A DNA stretch of 51,160 nt, filler included, from Sphacelaria rigidula (lineage: Eukaryota): assembly GCA_964200075.2 (NCBI GenBank). It is 3 parts of 3 records of this genome, joined end to end, with 100 filler letters (N's around TTAATTAATTAA, not from the genome) between each part and the next. Parts side by side here need not be neighbours in the genome. Positions count along the whole stretch, not along the records: positions 1 to 16,994 come from CAXNAA020001195.1; positions 17,095 to 34,080 come from CAXNAA020001196.1; 1 more part is not named here. The stretch is one strand, 5' to 3'. The notes under the pieces are model-generated. The model saw nothing but the letters and a program-made list of their open reading frames with translations, did no database searches and was not told the origin of the DNA. The translations under genes were made by a program, and so were the position numbers. Within the stretch, counting starts at the first letter, position 1; each line of letters begins with the position of its first letter. This document shows, piece after piece, positions 12,801 to 24,200 of the stretch.

Positions 12801-15800
12801 ACACTACAGCGCAGAGGCCACACGTTCTGCATGACGAGAGTAAAAGCGCCGAAGAATTTGATAAGGCAGAAGTCGATATGTCGTAACTGTGGCAATATCC
12901 CATAAACCCTGAGCGTACCATATCCTTCAACCGGAGACAAGTCTCGTTCATGCTCATCAGGGATCCTGCAGGGTGCCGCTGCGGTGTAGGGGACCGCCCG
13001 CCTCTGCTTGAGAGTAGCATAAAACCACGGCCATCAACACCAAAGATCGCGTTCACGGCCCGGGAGTAGACCCGAGCAAGCGGGGGGCACAAGAAAAGAC
13101 CGGTGGGCGGGGGAGGGGGCGGGGGGGGCGGGGGGGGATCATAATCTTGCATACCGTAGTCATGAAATTGTTGACCTCGTATCCCTACAAAGCCGGGACA
13201 GAGCACGCCGGGTTTTCGCCGGAAGAGGCTTGCAATCACCAAGCGCAAAGCACCGTGACGTGTTGGCGAGTCGCATGAAGGGTGAGCTGCATCCTGCTAA
13301 GATTGTTCGGCCCGAAGCCTACTGATTATCTTGCATTTGGATGACAGCCTCCAATGAGTTGCTTCATTCTGTGGTACCTCCACTACGAGATACAGTCACG
13401 GCATATACATTGCCGCATGGGCGTCTCACCGTTTAAACACTGCGTAGTATCATCATCCCCTCCGCGCGGAATTGAGGTCCTCCTATCCCTCACAATATGA
13501 TCTAGCTCGACTACCAACATGCTTACCGCAAAAACAACGCAAGCGCGCAACACAAAAACGGTAACCTGGTTGCCAAGCTTAAGCTGTGAGTGGCGTGTTT
13601 ACCAGCGTCATTGCCAACCGACGCCAACCCCAGAGGGGGTTCGTCCCTGCATAGCCGGGACGGAGCACGCCGGGTTTTCGCCGGACCAGGAGGGAGTGCA
13701 TACCCATTCGTTGCTTACCTTCCTCGTTTGACCATTGACCACGCATCCCTTTCGAGACAGAGAAGGGGGGAGGGGGGAGGGAGTGGCGAGGAAAGTTCAC
13801 AAAATGAATCGTACTCTTCAACCGTGGTCAGTGGTTTCAGTTCAAGACATCAATGAAGACCGAGCGAGACATCGCCTGCTTGAATCTACAATCCACAGGC
13901 AAGGCGTGGCCCAGGGATCAAGGACCTTCAACGCACGCAGTGCACCTTTGACACTGCAGGGTAGAGTTACAAGAAAACGCTGCAAACAAGTACAGTATTA
14001 GTCATAACACATATAATTTACACGTTTTATTGCCGTATACTGAGGTTTCAAACGATATCAGACATGTGTGCGATAGAAAACAAATATATATCAAATAAGG
14101 GAAGAGGGGAAGGATATAGAACAAACGCGTTTTTGTTCTCTAATTGCATGTATGAGCCTCAGGCTGCGGTGAAGTCACTAAGCCCTCTTCGACGAGACGG
14201 TGATTCAAGACCCTGCTTCCGTTCACTGCTCTCTCACACCGTACCTTGCCCTTATTGTGCGAAGTGGGAACGAGCGTGCCTTTCACTTCAACGAGGAAAT
14301 ACACTCTTGAATCTGCCTGATCAGGCTCACGGTATCCATACAGGGGCACACGTCGTCCGCACACAGAACCCTCCGCACACCCTTTACGTTAACGTATAGC
14401 TTGTAGCATATACTTCCAGGAGTCAGCAGTATTCCGATTTTTGAGAGACTGACCAAAAGAGAGGTTGGTTTTGAAAAATACTATTAACCGTCATCTAAAG
14501 ATATACCAAAAATGCCGGGGGCGCCATCCGGGACGAGGATGGGGGACTGACTCCATCGAGGCCTTTCAGATGATGAGAGTGCGCACCAAAAGTTGCAAGC
14601 CAATAAGGAATACCAAGGGTCGACTGCAGGAAAAGGCGGGTCGCAGGCTCACTCAGAAATAAAAAGTGCGTACTTACGAATCAATTCAGGATCTTTGCTG
14701 CACGAGAGCTAGTAGATGAGCCCCAGTGGGAATACATGTACCAAAAACGACACTTCCGGAATCAAAGGGTCAACAGTTGACAGCTAATCACCTCGATTGA
14801 GGATGGAGCTTTCCATTGAGGATGAGAACCCGGAGGATTAAAATCTTCGTATCCACACTACATCTTCAAAATGTGGTCTCATCCCTTCATCCTAGTGGGA
14901 GCTATTGATAACTACTACACGTTATACGAATTTGGATTTCTACAACCGAAATGTTGGGGTCCTAGATAAAAAACCAATTTCGGGGAATTTCGGCGATCCG
15001 ATCGGATCATCGAATTCCTCAAAAGTGTTTCTTCATCTAGGAACCCAACATTTCGGTTCTCGAAATCCAAATTTGTAGGGCGTGTAGCAGTTGTCAATAG
15101 CGACCAGTAGGTGAAGGAAAGGAACCATCTTTCGACGATTTGGAGTGGATACGAAGATTTTAATTTTCCGGGTTCTCATCCTCAACGGAAAGCTCCACCC
15201 TCCATTTCGATAATCGGCTGTTAGTTGTCGGCAGCTGATGCCTCACGCGATCAAGGCAGGACTGACAACCCCAAGCTGAAGTTGTGAAATTCGATCTACG
15301 GCCGGCAGTAAACCCTTTAAGTCATCGCTCGAAGTATAAATCTGTGCGTCCCTCTTGCGCTTGCGCTTCGCTGCCCTTATCTATCTCTTTTTTCCCCTGC
15401 TTGTCATTACGATGTAGCGACTGGGAAGCCCCACCTCGTCAACCTTCAATCGAGGGTATTTCGCCACTCCGAATGAGGAGAAATGTTGCGAAATCGTCAG
15501 CTCTTAAAAAAATTGGCAGTTATTTCGGAGCAGCTGTCATGAACACGTGAATATTCCCCCGCGCCCTTCGAATATTTAATAAGAAACGTCATACTCTGCA
15601 TAATCATCACATGCATCCACATGCCCTGCGTAGGTAACATGGCACGATAAAAAATGCACGACACTCCGAAAGTAGGGGTGGCTGGGTGCTAGATCTTCTT
15701 CACTGTAACACGTCTCTTGGGCCCCCCACCAGATGCATCTCCTTCTGCCTACCTTTGTTTCCTTTGCGAGCCCACCCGACCGGAGCTCCGTTGACTCTCA

Positions 15801-16702
15801 GCAGCAGCACTGTCAATTTCATCATCAAAATCGTAATCGCCGTCATCGTCATCGTCATCGTCCAATTCGTTCCGTCCGGCTGCACGCGCCGCTCCCGCGA
15901 CCAATGGGTTGATACAAGTGCGTGTTCTACGGGGTGGGAATACGGCAAAAACGGAAGATAAAGAGTGACGAGGAAGCGGAGCGAAGCGACAGCGGACTGT
16001 GTTGAACATGGGGATATGATTGGGACAGCGGCCCTGGCAGTATAATGTCTCTGGCTCTTTATTTAAATCAACAACTGCAAAGATGCCTCTCTATCTCCGT
16101 TACTCTTTTTTTCCGGGTCTTCATTCCAGTCCCTCAAGTATTTCTGCCTCTGACGTGTCCACTGCCTCAGTGCCTGTTTCTCCACCTCTGTGCTTGTGTC
16201 TCCGCGATCAAATCTACCCATCTCATTTTTATCCATCTTCCTATGTAGACGAGACTTGCTCTGCATCTTTCTTGGAACACACATCACGTTCACCACAGAA
16301 GGGACGAAGCGTAGGAGTGGAAGTGGAGGTGGAGCGTAGGCCGGGGTGCAGAGCCGAGAACAGGCATCAACTTTCACCGAGCTGCCCTTCAACAAGTTCT
16401 TGTAATCAACTTTCACCCTACCAAAGACAAAAAACAGTCACCCAACCGCTGCCACATGGCGATTCGCCTCGTCGGCTGCCATGCTATCGCCCTAGAGCAT
16501 CTGGGCCGCCCAAATAGATAGGTCGTCCAGAGCCCGTATGCATGCGGACAAGATATTGCACACACCTCGATCCCAGGGTGGCTACAGTGACCTTGTACGG
16601 CACTTTATTCCTCATCTCCGCGGATAATTGCGCCAGCTGGGTATGTACCCTTGCACCATAGATTATCTGCGGGGCCTTGCCGGTCTTGACCAGCATATAG
16701 CG
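9170..16702 (-). CDS. Partial multi-exon gene, XPD-family Fe-S DNA helicase (RTEL1/FANCJ-like)
   Basis: Exons carry motif Ia IIYGARVHTQL..LGSR, then TCINP, GCMHY, VPDIEDI and GCPFY...LVLMPYNYIL. PYNY is typical of RTEL1/FANCJ rather than XPD or DDX11. Junctions 16566/15926, 15753/12482 and 10230/9822 are phase-compatible GT-AG. The Walker A and DEAH exons were not found in the window. Confidence 0.88.
10230..10357 (-). CDS. Helicase exon with Fe-S Cys (AGCMHY)
   Basis: Pyrimidine tract plus CAG acceptor; GTGTGT donor in phase 1, matching the next exon. Confidence 0.75.
12297..12482 (-). CDS. Probable helicase exon (insertion region)
   Basis: CAG acceptor and GTAGCG donor, phase 2/2, open frame QRTVAQDDLQIRPGW...EVGY. 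No conserved motif. Confidence 0.55.
13131..13688 (+). mobile_element. Non-autonomous repeat family A, copy 1 (bounded by ~42-bp direct repeats)
   Basis: Consensus repeat TCCCTACAAAGCCGGGACGGAGCACGCCGGGTTTTCGCCGGA at about 13182-13223 and 13644-13685. Homologous copies lie at 30499-31472 and 22475-22614 on the opposite strand. Confidence 0.8.
14767..15243. repeat. ~475-bp imperfect palindrome (foldback element) in a helicase intron
   Basis: Centre GATCCGATCGGATC near 15001. The arms pair throughout, e.g. GGAGCTTTCCATTGAGGATGAGAACCCGGA with TCCGGGTTCTCATCCTCAACGGAAAGCTCC. Confidence 0.9.
15753..15926 (-). CDS. Helicase exon, first Fe-S Cys (TRTCINP) plus acidic tract
   Basis: TAG acceptor and GTAGG donor, phase 2/2. 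Continues LGSR-TRTCINP, equivalent to LGSRxxxCIHP. Confidence 0.8.
16566..16702 (-). CDS. Helicase exon, motif Ia (RYMLVKTGKAPQIIYGARVHTQLAQLSAEMRNKVPYKVTVATLGSR)
   Basis: CAG acceptor and GTGTGT donor. Resembles the RTEL1/FANCJ IYxSRTHSQLxQ...LGSR segment. Confidence 0.9.
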
Positions 16703-16994
16703 CTGTCAGAGGTTATGCCAGCGGCAGGTGTTCCAATACGGGGGAAGGGGGGGGGAGGGGTCGGCGGGGGCAAGCGGCATACTAACTCAACACATTTGGC
16801 ATCCTCACAAAGACAGCGATAAGCGTGTTGAAGCGTCGTACGAACAAGTAGGAACGATTTCAAGGCTCTTGTGATGATCTCCTAAACCATGTCCAGCGAA
16901 GTCAGAACAAAACGCGGTAGAACTCGGGGGAGCTACTTCTCACCGGTTTTTGTGGCGTCGCTTTTCTTATTTTTTTTCTTTATTTTGGTAATGT

Positions 16995-17094
16995 NNNNNN
17001 NNNNNNNNNNNNNNNNNNNNNNNNNNNNNNNNNNNNNNTTAATTAATTAANNNNNNNNNNNNNNNNNNNNNNNNNNNNNNNNNNNNNNNNNNNN
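16995..17094. other. Assembly gap/linker
   Basis: 100 nt of N containing TTAATTAATTAA (stop codons in all six frames). Confidence 0.97.
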
Positions 17095-17152
17095 CCACAA
17101 CTCAACCATCAGAAGGTTACGAGGTTACCAACTGAGCCACCGAGGCGATCGG
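17095..17152 (-). mobile_element. tRNA-derived SINE-like 5' head, truncated by the gap
   Basis: Minus strand reads GCCGATCGCCTCGGTGGCTCAGTTGGTAACC..., which contains a Pol III A-box (TGGCTCAGTTGG). The B-box would fall in the gap. Confidence 0.55.
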
Positions 17153-17225
17153 CTGTACAAGCAAAAAAGCCGCAGCCGCCAACAGTACATACCGCGAGAA
17201 GGCTGCGGCTTTTCTGCTTGTACAG
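17153..17225. repeat. Short hairpin, 25-bp arms
   Basis: CTGTACAAGCAAAAAAGCCGCAGCC ... GGCTGCGGCTTTTCTGCTTGTACAG. Confidence 0.85.
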
Positions 17226-19120
17226 TGCTCCGTACCACCGCAGGCTCCCTGCACTTGCGACTACTAGTGCGGCTCCGCCCATGTGATGATAGACACGATG
17301 TCAAGCATCAGGTAGCTAGCTGTCTGTGCCGCATAAGCGGGTCACTGCTGATGATTTCTTCACACGCCGGACGATCACGGCGATAACCCGTGGCACTCGC
17401 ACTCGTTCGGCTGCTCGTTGGCCGTTTTTGCAGGTCCTCGAGCACTCAAGTCATTGCTCGTTGCGGAAAAAATAGTAGGACGAGTACTCGAGTCATGCTC
17501 CTCGTGTTTTGAAAAACATCAAAAAGTGCACTCTGTTTCGACGAGTAATGACTCGTCCGATGTGTATATTTCTTATTTTTTGCGCAACACCTCTTCCTCC
17601 TGCAGCTGTGTTGCAGATGCCGTCCATTTTTCGGGGCTTCTTCGTTTCTTTCATTACGCACTCATATTTTCAAGTTTACTCCCTTATATATTTCAGTTTT
17701 CTTCACTTCTCCTCGGCGAGCGTTTCCGTTTTAGTTCACCCTGAGTGCCTTCATCATGTGACCACGGCTGCATCCGTCGGGGACCAGATCATGTGGGAAA
17801 ACCCATCAATCAGAAGAGGATGCAAAAAGTCGTGCAGCCACCAGCCATGCAGTCATTTACAAGTAGTGCTGGACTGATAGTGGCGTACCAACGGTCGGCC
17901 CACACCTCTTTTCACACAAGTAATATTTGTGTATCCTATTGGCAGCGCTCGCGTACGATGTACCTACCCACCAGGCCATACCATTGGACACAACAATACG
18001 CCCATGATTGTGTTGTAATGACACGCAGTACATGGCCAAGGGTGAGTCGTACATTTCGGCTTCGATACTGCAAGAGTTGAAAACAACGACTACGACACTT
18101 GTTTATGGGGCCACAACACTACTCGACAGTTTTGAGAAAGAGGACACGCTCGTTTGAAAACGATGTCGATGCCCCTCCGACATGGAACCAAGTGAGCACA
18201 CTCCATCAGAACACTCCATGGTATTGACTGCCCCCCTTGCAGGTGTTTGTTCTCGCGTACGGCGGATGTCGGGTGTGTGCGTTGCACTTAGATGGCAGGC
18301 GCGCGTTTGCATTTACCCCACAAACCTTCCGATGACCATGCAAACCTGTCCCGAATCAAGAAGGTTCCGCATTAAACTGTGGTCCTCTTCGCCCCGCTCT
18401 CCCGACAAAAAACAGGTCACAGACTTTCGATTTCTATGAAGACATCATGACTTCGACAGTAGTTTAGCAAGGCGGTACATGTAACCGCGTTGTCTTTCAT
18501 GGCGCAACCTTCCATTGGGGCTGCAGTCTGCGACGGTACCACAAAATGCCCCCAAATTGTTTCTTTTTCAGACGGGAGGGTGTTGGCAGCGGGATCACGC
18601 ACACCTACAACAAGGCAACGGAAAGGCAGACCAGAGATTCAAGTGTTTTCACCGTTCCAAGTTCTGTATTCCGAAGGTGGGCGTTTACCTACATACCCGG
18701 AGGATCCAGGAAGGCGGCCGTGAGTGTATGCTTCGCCCGTTCGGTGTGCTGAAAAACTGCAGTACTGCACATCAACTCCTCTGCGGATGGTGAAGCAGCC
18801 TCTATACGAAGCATTAGGGTATCCCTGAGGTAGATCAAAAAGCTTTTGGTTGTTCCCGAGCAACAAAATGCTTGATATGAGAAGACAGTACTCGTATGGA
18901 CAGAGGAGCTAAATATGTATTTGAAAGATGAATGTGTGAGGAACCGACGCGAGCCACCACTCTCAACGGTCACTCGGCTAGGCGGTTTATTGACAAACCC
19001 CCGCCTTTGATCAGGTACGGGAGTACCATCTAGATTGGAGTATCATCATCATTCGAAGGTTTGACTCAACATGTGATGCACAAGTACTTGACACGGGGAA
19101 AATGTGTCAAGCACCCATAA

Positions 19121-19222
19121 CCAGTTGACCGCGAGGGTAGGTCACCTGCTGAATCGGCATCAATTTTCACTTGGAAAAATGATGCTTGATCCAGATGAAC
19201 CACCCGCACCACAGTGTAGGGG
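19121..19222. mobile_element. piggyBac-like mini-MITE, degenerate copy
   Basis: Homologous to 44653-44750 (GACCGCGAGGGTAGGTCACCTGCTGAATCGGCATCAAT...). Flanks ATAA/TTCA look like decayed TTAA. Confidence 0.65.
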
Positions 19223-19816
19223 TTCACGTGCAAGTAGTCTAGTCCCGGTCATCCTACTGAGCTGACTGTGCCGGTCTATTCCACAACTACCCACGTACGA
19301 CATGTACTACTGTTGTTATGTAGGGCACAGTTGTGCTACAACAGACAACAGTAGTGCAAAGAAGCCCAGTACAGCTCAACCATTATTACACCCGTCCGCA
19401 AATCTTGATTGAGAAATTTCTGGCGGGTTTGTTTTCAAGAGACCCACACACCCCAACCCCCTTTTCCTTCCATACATGCGGCGCCCGGCTGGCTCTGCCT
19501 GGATAGGTCGGCGGTACATCCGTACGATGCATGCGGTCGAACAGGCCAGCTGCCGGGGCAGTGAACAAGATCTGGAAAAAAATACCTGTCAGGGGTGCAA
19601 CCGTGCAACCGCAATCTTGTAGCTGCAAAGAGTACAAAACTTAGAGCACGTCTGTACAAAATATCCAAGTGATTTTGTCGACAAAATTACGTGGGATACT
19701 AATTCCGTCGATTTTGTTCATCAATGAACCCCACTTGCGATACTACGCTGTTGAAGAGAGTAATACAACAGTAGTCGCAGCAGGGATGCGATGTCAGAAA
19801 TAGAAGCTTGGTTCAC

Positions 19817-20164
19817 CTGATCCGCAGTGGACTGCGCAGAGTCCGAGGTGTGATCGAGCGTGAGGCACACCGTTATCTCCAGCTGTGTGGCATACGGCCT
19901 CGTAATCGAGGTGGAGCTGTTGGACTGTAAGCGTCGACCCCCTTGCCTTTCCTCCATCCCCGCCCCAGCAGCGTCTACAATCCCCCCTGATAACCCTTCC
20001 ATTTCGCGTTCCCCTCGTGAGTTGCGCCCGTTCATGGTATGAACAGAGACTCCCCCCAGGCCACCTCCCATACCCGCATTGTACAGCATTGTTGAGATAA
20101 CAGCAATGGGGACAAGCGCCACGAGTGCCATGAACTCCTTGCTCCTCCCCCTACCCTGAGCCAT
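19817..20164 (-). CDS. First exon of a putative secreted/membrane protein, paralogue of the 21204 gene
   Basis: ATG start, hydrophobic segment FMALVALVPIAVISTMLY, RRLQ motif, then PYATQLEITVC. Phase-0 donor CAG|GTGAAC. Downstream exons not confidently found. Confidence 0.65.
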
Positions 20165-21203
20165 TTTCGTATCGCGTATATATACGCCCTGGTTTGTATT
20201 CGATCCTGCGAAGGCTCACAGGTCCAGATGGCTCGCCCTCTCTTCGCCTCCTTTTAGCGCCGGTCTGTGTTGTTTCAAGGGCGATTTTGTGGCCCGCTAG
20301 AAGAACTCCTCAAACAATTGGATCTATCGATCCGAAGCAACTCAGACAGAAGAGAAGAGTTCCCGGAAGGTGTAACACTCGCAAGTGAGGAGTGTTAAAC
20401 AGTACCGAAGGCTGCTAGGCTACGCTTCGCTACCTCCCCTATCCTATACCTCTCAACTCTGGACTCGGTGAAGCAGGCAGGCGAGAGAGGAAGTACGTAC
20501 GTCAATTTCAAAACGCCTACTTTTGTGAGATCGCGTCCGCCTCTACCGGTTTTCACGGGTCCTCGAGTTTCAAACGAAGTTTTCAAACCTTTTTGGTTTA
20601 TTTTGATATCCATAAATTCCAGCTGTCTTCAATTACTTGCAGTCTGAGCTTTCAGCACTAGGCTTTATTTTTTCAGAGGATGTCGGTCGGCTCTTCTGCC
20701 TGATATCTGGTTGAAAGTACAACAGCGTTGTAAAGTAGCAATCCGTTCACGAGGAGACTGGTGTGACTACAACACCACGGGCACGCGACCGCGGGTATGA
20801 ACAAGTAATAAAACTATACGTCATTGAATCGATATTTTGGTTACCCTGAATAGCCGGTTGTACCGACCCCGCTATCAAATAAAAATATATCCAAGTGGGG
20901 TGAATTGCAAACATGGCGACCCGCTAAGACCAGCAGCTAGTCAACATACATCTTCGACTTACCTCTCGCGCCCCCCCATCGTACATACTACTTTCTCCAT
21001 CTCCAAGAAGAGTCAGTTGGCCTCTACTCTGTTGACTACATCCAACCGAGCGAGAACCTTAAGCACCATACGACTGAGGTGCAAGACAACATATCACAAC
21101 AAGTTGCACGGAACCAACCCCGCGAAGTCACTGCTGTGAGTATACTTCTGTGGCCTGCAGCTATAACAACATGTACGCCCAACAGCAACACCACCGACTG
21201 GAG

Positions 21204-24200
21204 ATGTCCACGCGGCGGCAGAATGAGAAGGACAATCTCTGGCTATCCCAAAACTGGGGTCTTGTTGCCCTCGCCGCTATTGCGGTGGCCACCATGACAG
21301 TCTCCGCGGGAACACAGACGGAACCGTCCAAAAAAGCTATTCGCGAGTTTCCTTCAGTACCGCATCAAACGCTCTTCGCTTCGGTGGGTAGTGGTATAAC
21401 GGTTATGGGGGGGTTGTCCCCCCCGGCGGCCGTGCAGCGGCAGCAGCGGCAACAGGAGCAACATCCACGGATACCGGGGTCAATGGCCTTGCGCGATCTC
21501 AGCTGGAGTCGTCGTGTGCTTCAGGATACAGTGGAGCAGCCTGTCGTTGAATACGAGGCCCAGCTAGAGCTGTTTATTTGCAATCCTGCACTGGAAACAG
21601 AGCGTAACGACTCCTACCTTGTGGGGACGGACGAACTGGTCAACGCGCTAAGTAAGGTGGAGGGTCTCAACCAGGTGGGTTTTGTGGATAGAAGTGACGG
21701 GTGTGGGTATGGATGCAAATGTTGCTTTCGGGGGTGAAGTTTGGTCGACGTTGTTTGAGCTTGCTTTCTTTGCTTCGGATGCAGTCAGCAACATGACGAT
21801 GATGCAGCACACGCGCTGCGAGAACGAAATTTGAAGAGATGTAGCTGGACAGCTCGATCCTCGAACATTCCGCTGGCCATTGCCAAGTTACTAACCCAGA
21901 CAACACACCCTCTTGCGACTCGGGACGGAGCACCCAAGAATCACAATTTGGTATAATGGTACGGATGAAAATTGACGCCACCTTGTTTGCTTCATCTAGC
22001 CCCAACTGCTCCCTCTGTGTACAACTCGGCATGACGTTGATCGGGATCTTCGGCGTGTATATGTTCGGGAGCGCGTGCGGCGGTACAACTGCTGTCTTTA
22101 TTGCACCGTACATGATTCACTTGGTTCGTGTACGTGCCAACCAAGCCAAATTGTACTCGTAATGCGAGTTACGTAACATGATGGGGTACATTTCACTAGG
22201 GGTGTTCGTGGAGAGACGTACAGTAACGTCTGGGTGCACCCACATCGTTTACAGCTGGTCCGATTCAAGCTTTTTTTTTTCTCGGAAGTGCGATCTTCCC
22301 GCGGGAGGTGTACGAGTACTTCATGTAAGATCTTCGAACAAGCAGTGTCAAGTACGGTAGATTTGAAAGTGGAGACCTCGTTTCCTGGAAAATTGAGTAT
22401 CGGAAGCTCGTGTAATTTGTGAACAAGGATGAAGATGAGCGTTCACTCCTACAAGCCCCCCACCCCACCCCCTCCCTCTCTCTGGAAGCGGCGATACCAG
22501 AGAATGATGAGCAACTCGTTGTAGGCTGTCATCAGAATACAAGATGATCAACAGGCTTCGAGCCGAATAATCTTAGCAGGATGCAGCTCACCCTTCACGC
22601 GGCTCGTCGAACACTCAACTACAATACTTGGTTACCCCGCTCCGTTCAATTGGCTTCATCGCCTGTGTCGGTCGACGAAGATTCGCACAGCAAAGCCAGT
22701 ATCTACCATCCTAACGAAACCGTGCGAGTGCTATAGACATGCAACAAAGTCGATTGCTCATGACCGTATGCTCAACCTGGAACCACTTATCTTGGGGGAC
22801 TGACGGTCTAATCATACGTTTCCCACTTTCGCGTGTGCTCCGTACACATCTCACCAAATTCACTTCCGTCCAGGACGATGTGGACGAGATTGCCGTCACC
22901 ATATCCACGGGGACAGACGATGTGGACGAATTTTACAAGTGCACGGCTGGTGCGCTCCAGTGGCACGCTAGCATCAAGTACCCCGTGGATACAGCGGCGT
23001 CGCTGGATACCACTCCCGCGGTGATGGCAGCGCAAGCGAACGATTACGTTTCATACTCCCAGTCCGAGTTCAAGGAGTTGCTGACTGGATACATCAACGA
23101 TGAGGTAGAGATCCGACCCGCTGAGTGGATCGGTCCTGCAAGAAAGAATGCAAGAAGAAAGGATGACTACGTCAGCCGAGACTGACTCGCACGTCTTTCT
23201 CGTTGTTGAGCACTTTTATCTGTTTTTGGCGAATCCCCTCTCCTTATTTCGGCGAAGGGTTTCTTTCAAGTTTCGACCGGTGTCGGACGTTCTTGTTCAG
23301 CGAGCTTACGGCCTGCATATTGGCCGTGAAAGGATACTTGCTCTAAGGGTGGGGGAGGAGGTGGGGGGCCGTCTGGTGACGGATTAAGATGTGTTTTGAG
23401 TGGATTATTCTCAGCAAGCGGAGTCTGTGGGGCACCGAGTAGTGGAAGGCACAACGTGAAGCGCTGTATGGGCTCTGTTCTGCTGTCGCCCACCCACTCC
23501 TTCCATGGGATGTCGAGAGATGAAATTCAGTGGCTTTGTTCGCGCGCGGACTTCAGTGACCGCGGCGGCGGCGTCTGTATGCTGCCGCGCTGGTTCACAG
23601 CGGGGGCAACAAAGACATGAAGACTTCCTTCAGTCGACGCACTGTTGTGAATCTAGTCTAGTGTAAATCATATCATAGCTTGGCGAAACGCTTCCTAGTG
23701 AGGTCGACAAAGTCAATCGAAGTCAAAAAGCGCGGGTAACAAAACACCCACTTGACTCCTGTGCCGTTTCAGTGCCGTACACTTCGCCATTGCTAACTGT
23801 AAAAATCCCATATCGTCACCGCAGTACGCATCGAGTCACGAAGCGGGAGGGGTGGAGCTGGTCTCTACAGATATCCTTGTGCCTGTGGTGGGTTGGATCG
23901 TCACGTTCCCGGAAGATAATGCCGCGCAGCAAGCGACGGCCGGCAATTCTAACGGGATTGCGGCCCAGCTAATGGGCGACTTCGTGATGTGGCCGTGGTG
24001 GGTGTGGCTGATCTACGCGTTGTTGGTGGCGTGCTGCTTGGTTCCTCTTTGCTGCATAATTTTCAGGAGGTGAGCCTGGCTTCTCGTGAGGTCACATGTG
24101 CTGAGTGTAGAATGCGGCTTATGTGTTGTGGTTCTTTATTTGCTTGTTGTGTACCTTTCAACTTGATCCCTCGCCGAGTGTTGGATAGTGACAGGAAATT

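Noticed and set aside
16995..17094. TTAATTAATTAA palindrome embedded in Ns (also at 34081-34180)
   Set aside because: The identical 100-nt construct occurs twice and is an artificial contig linker. Adjacency and distance across it are unverified.
16566..20164. Possible fusion of the membrane-protein exon (phase 0) to the helicase exon (phase 0)
   Set aside because: It crosses an assembly linker and would omit the Walker A motif. Phase match alone is weak evidence.
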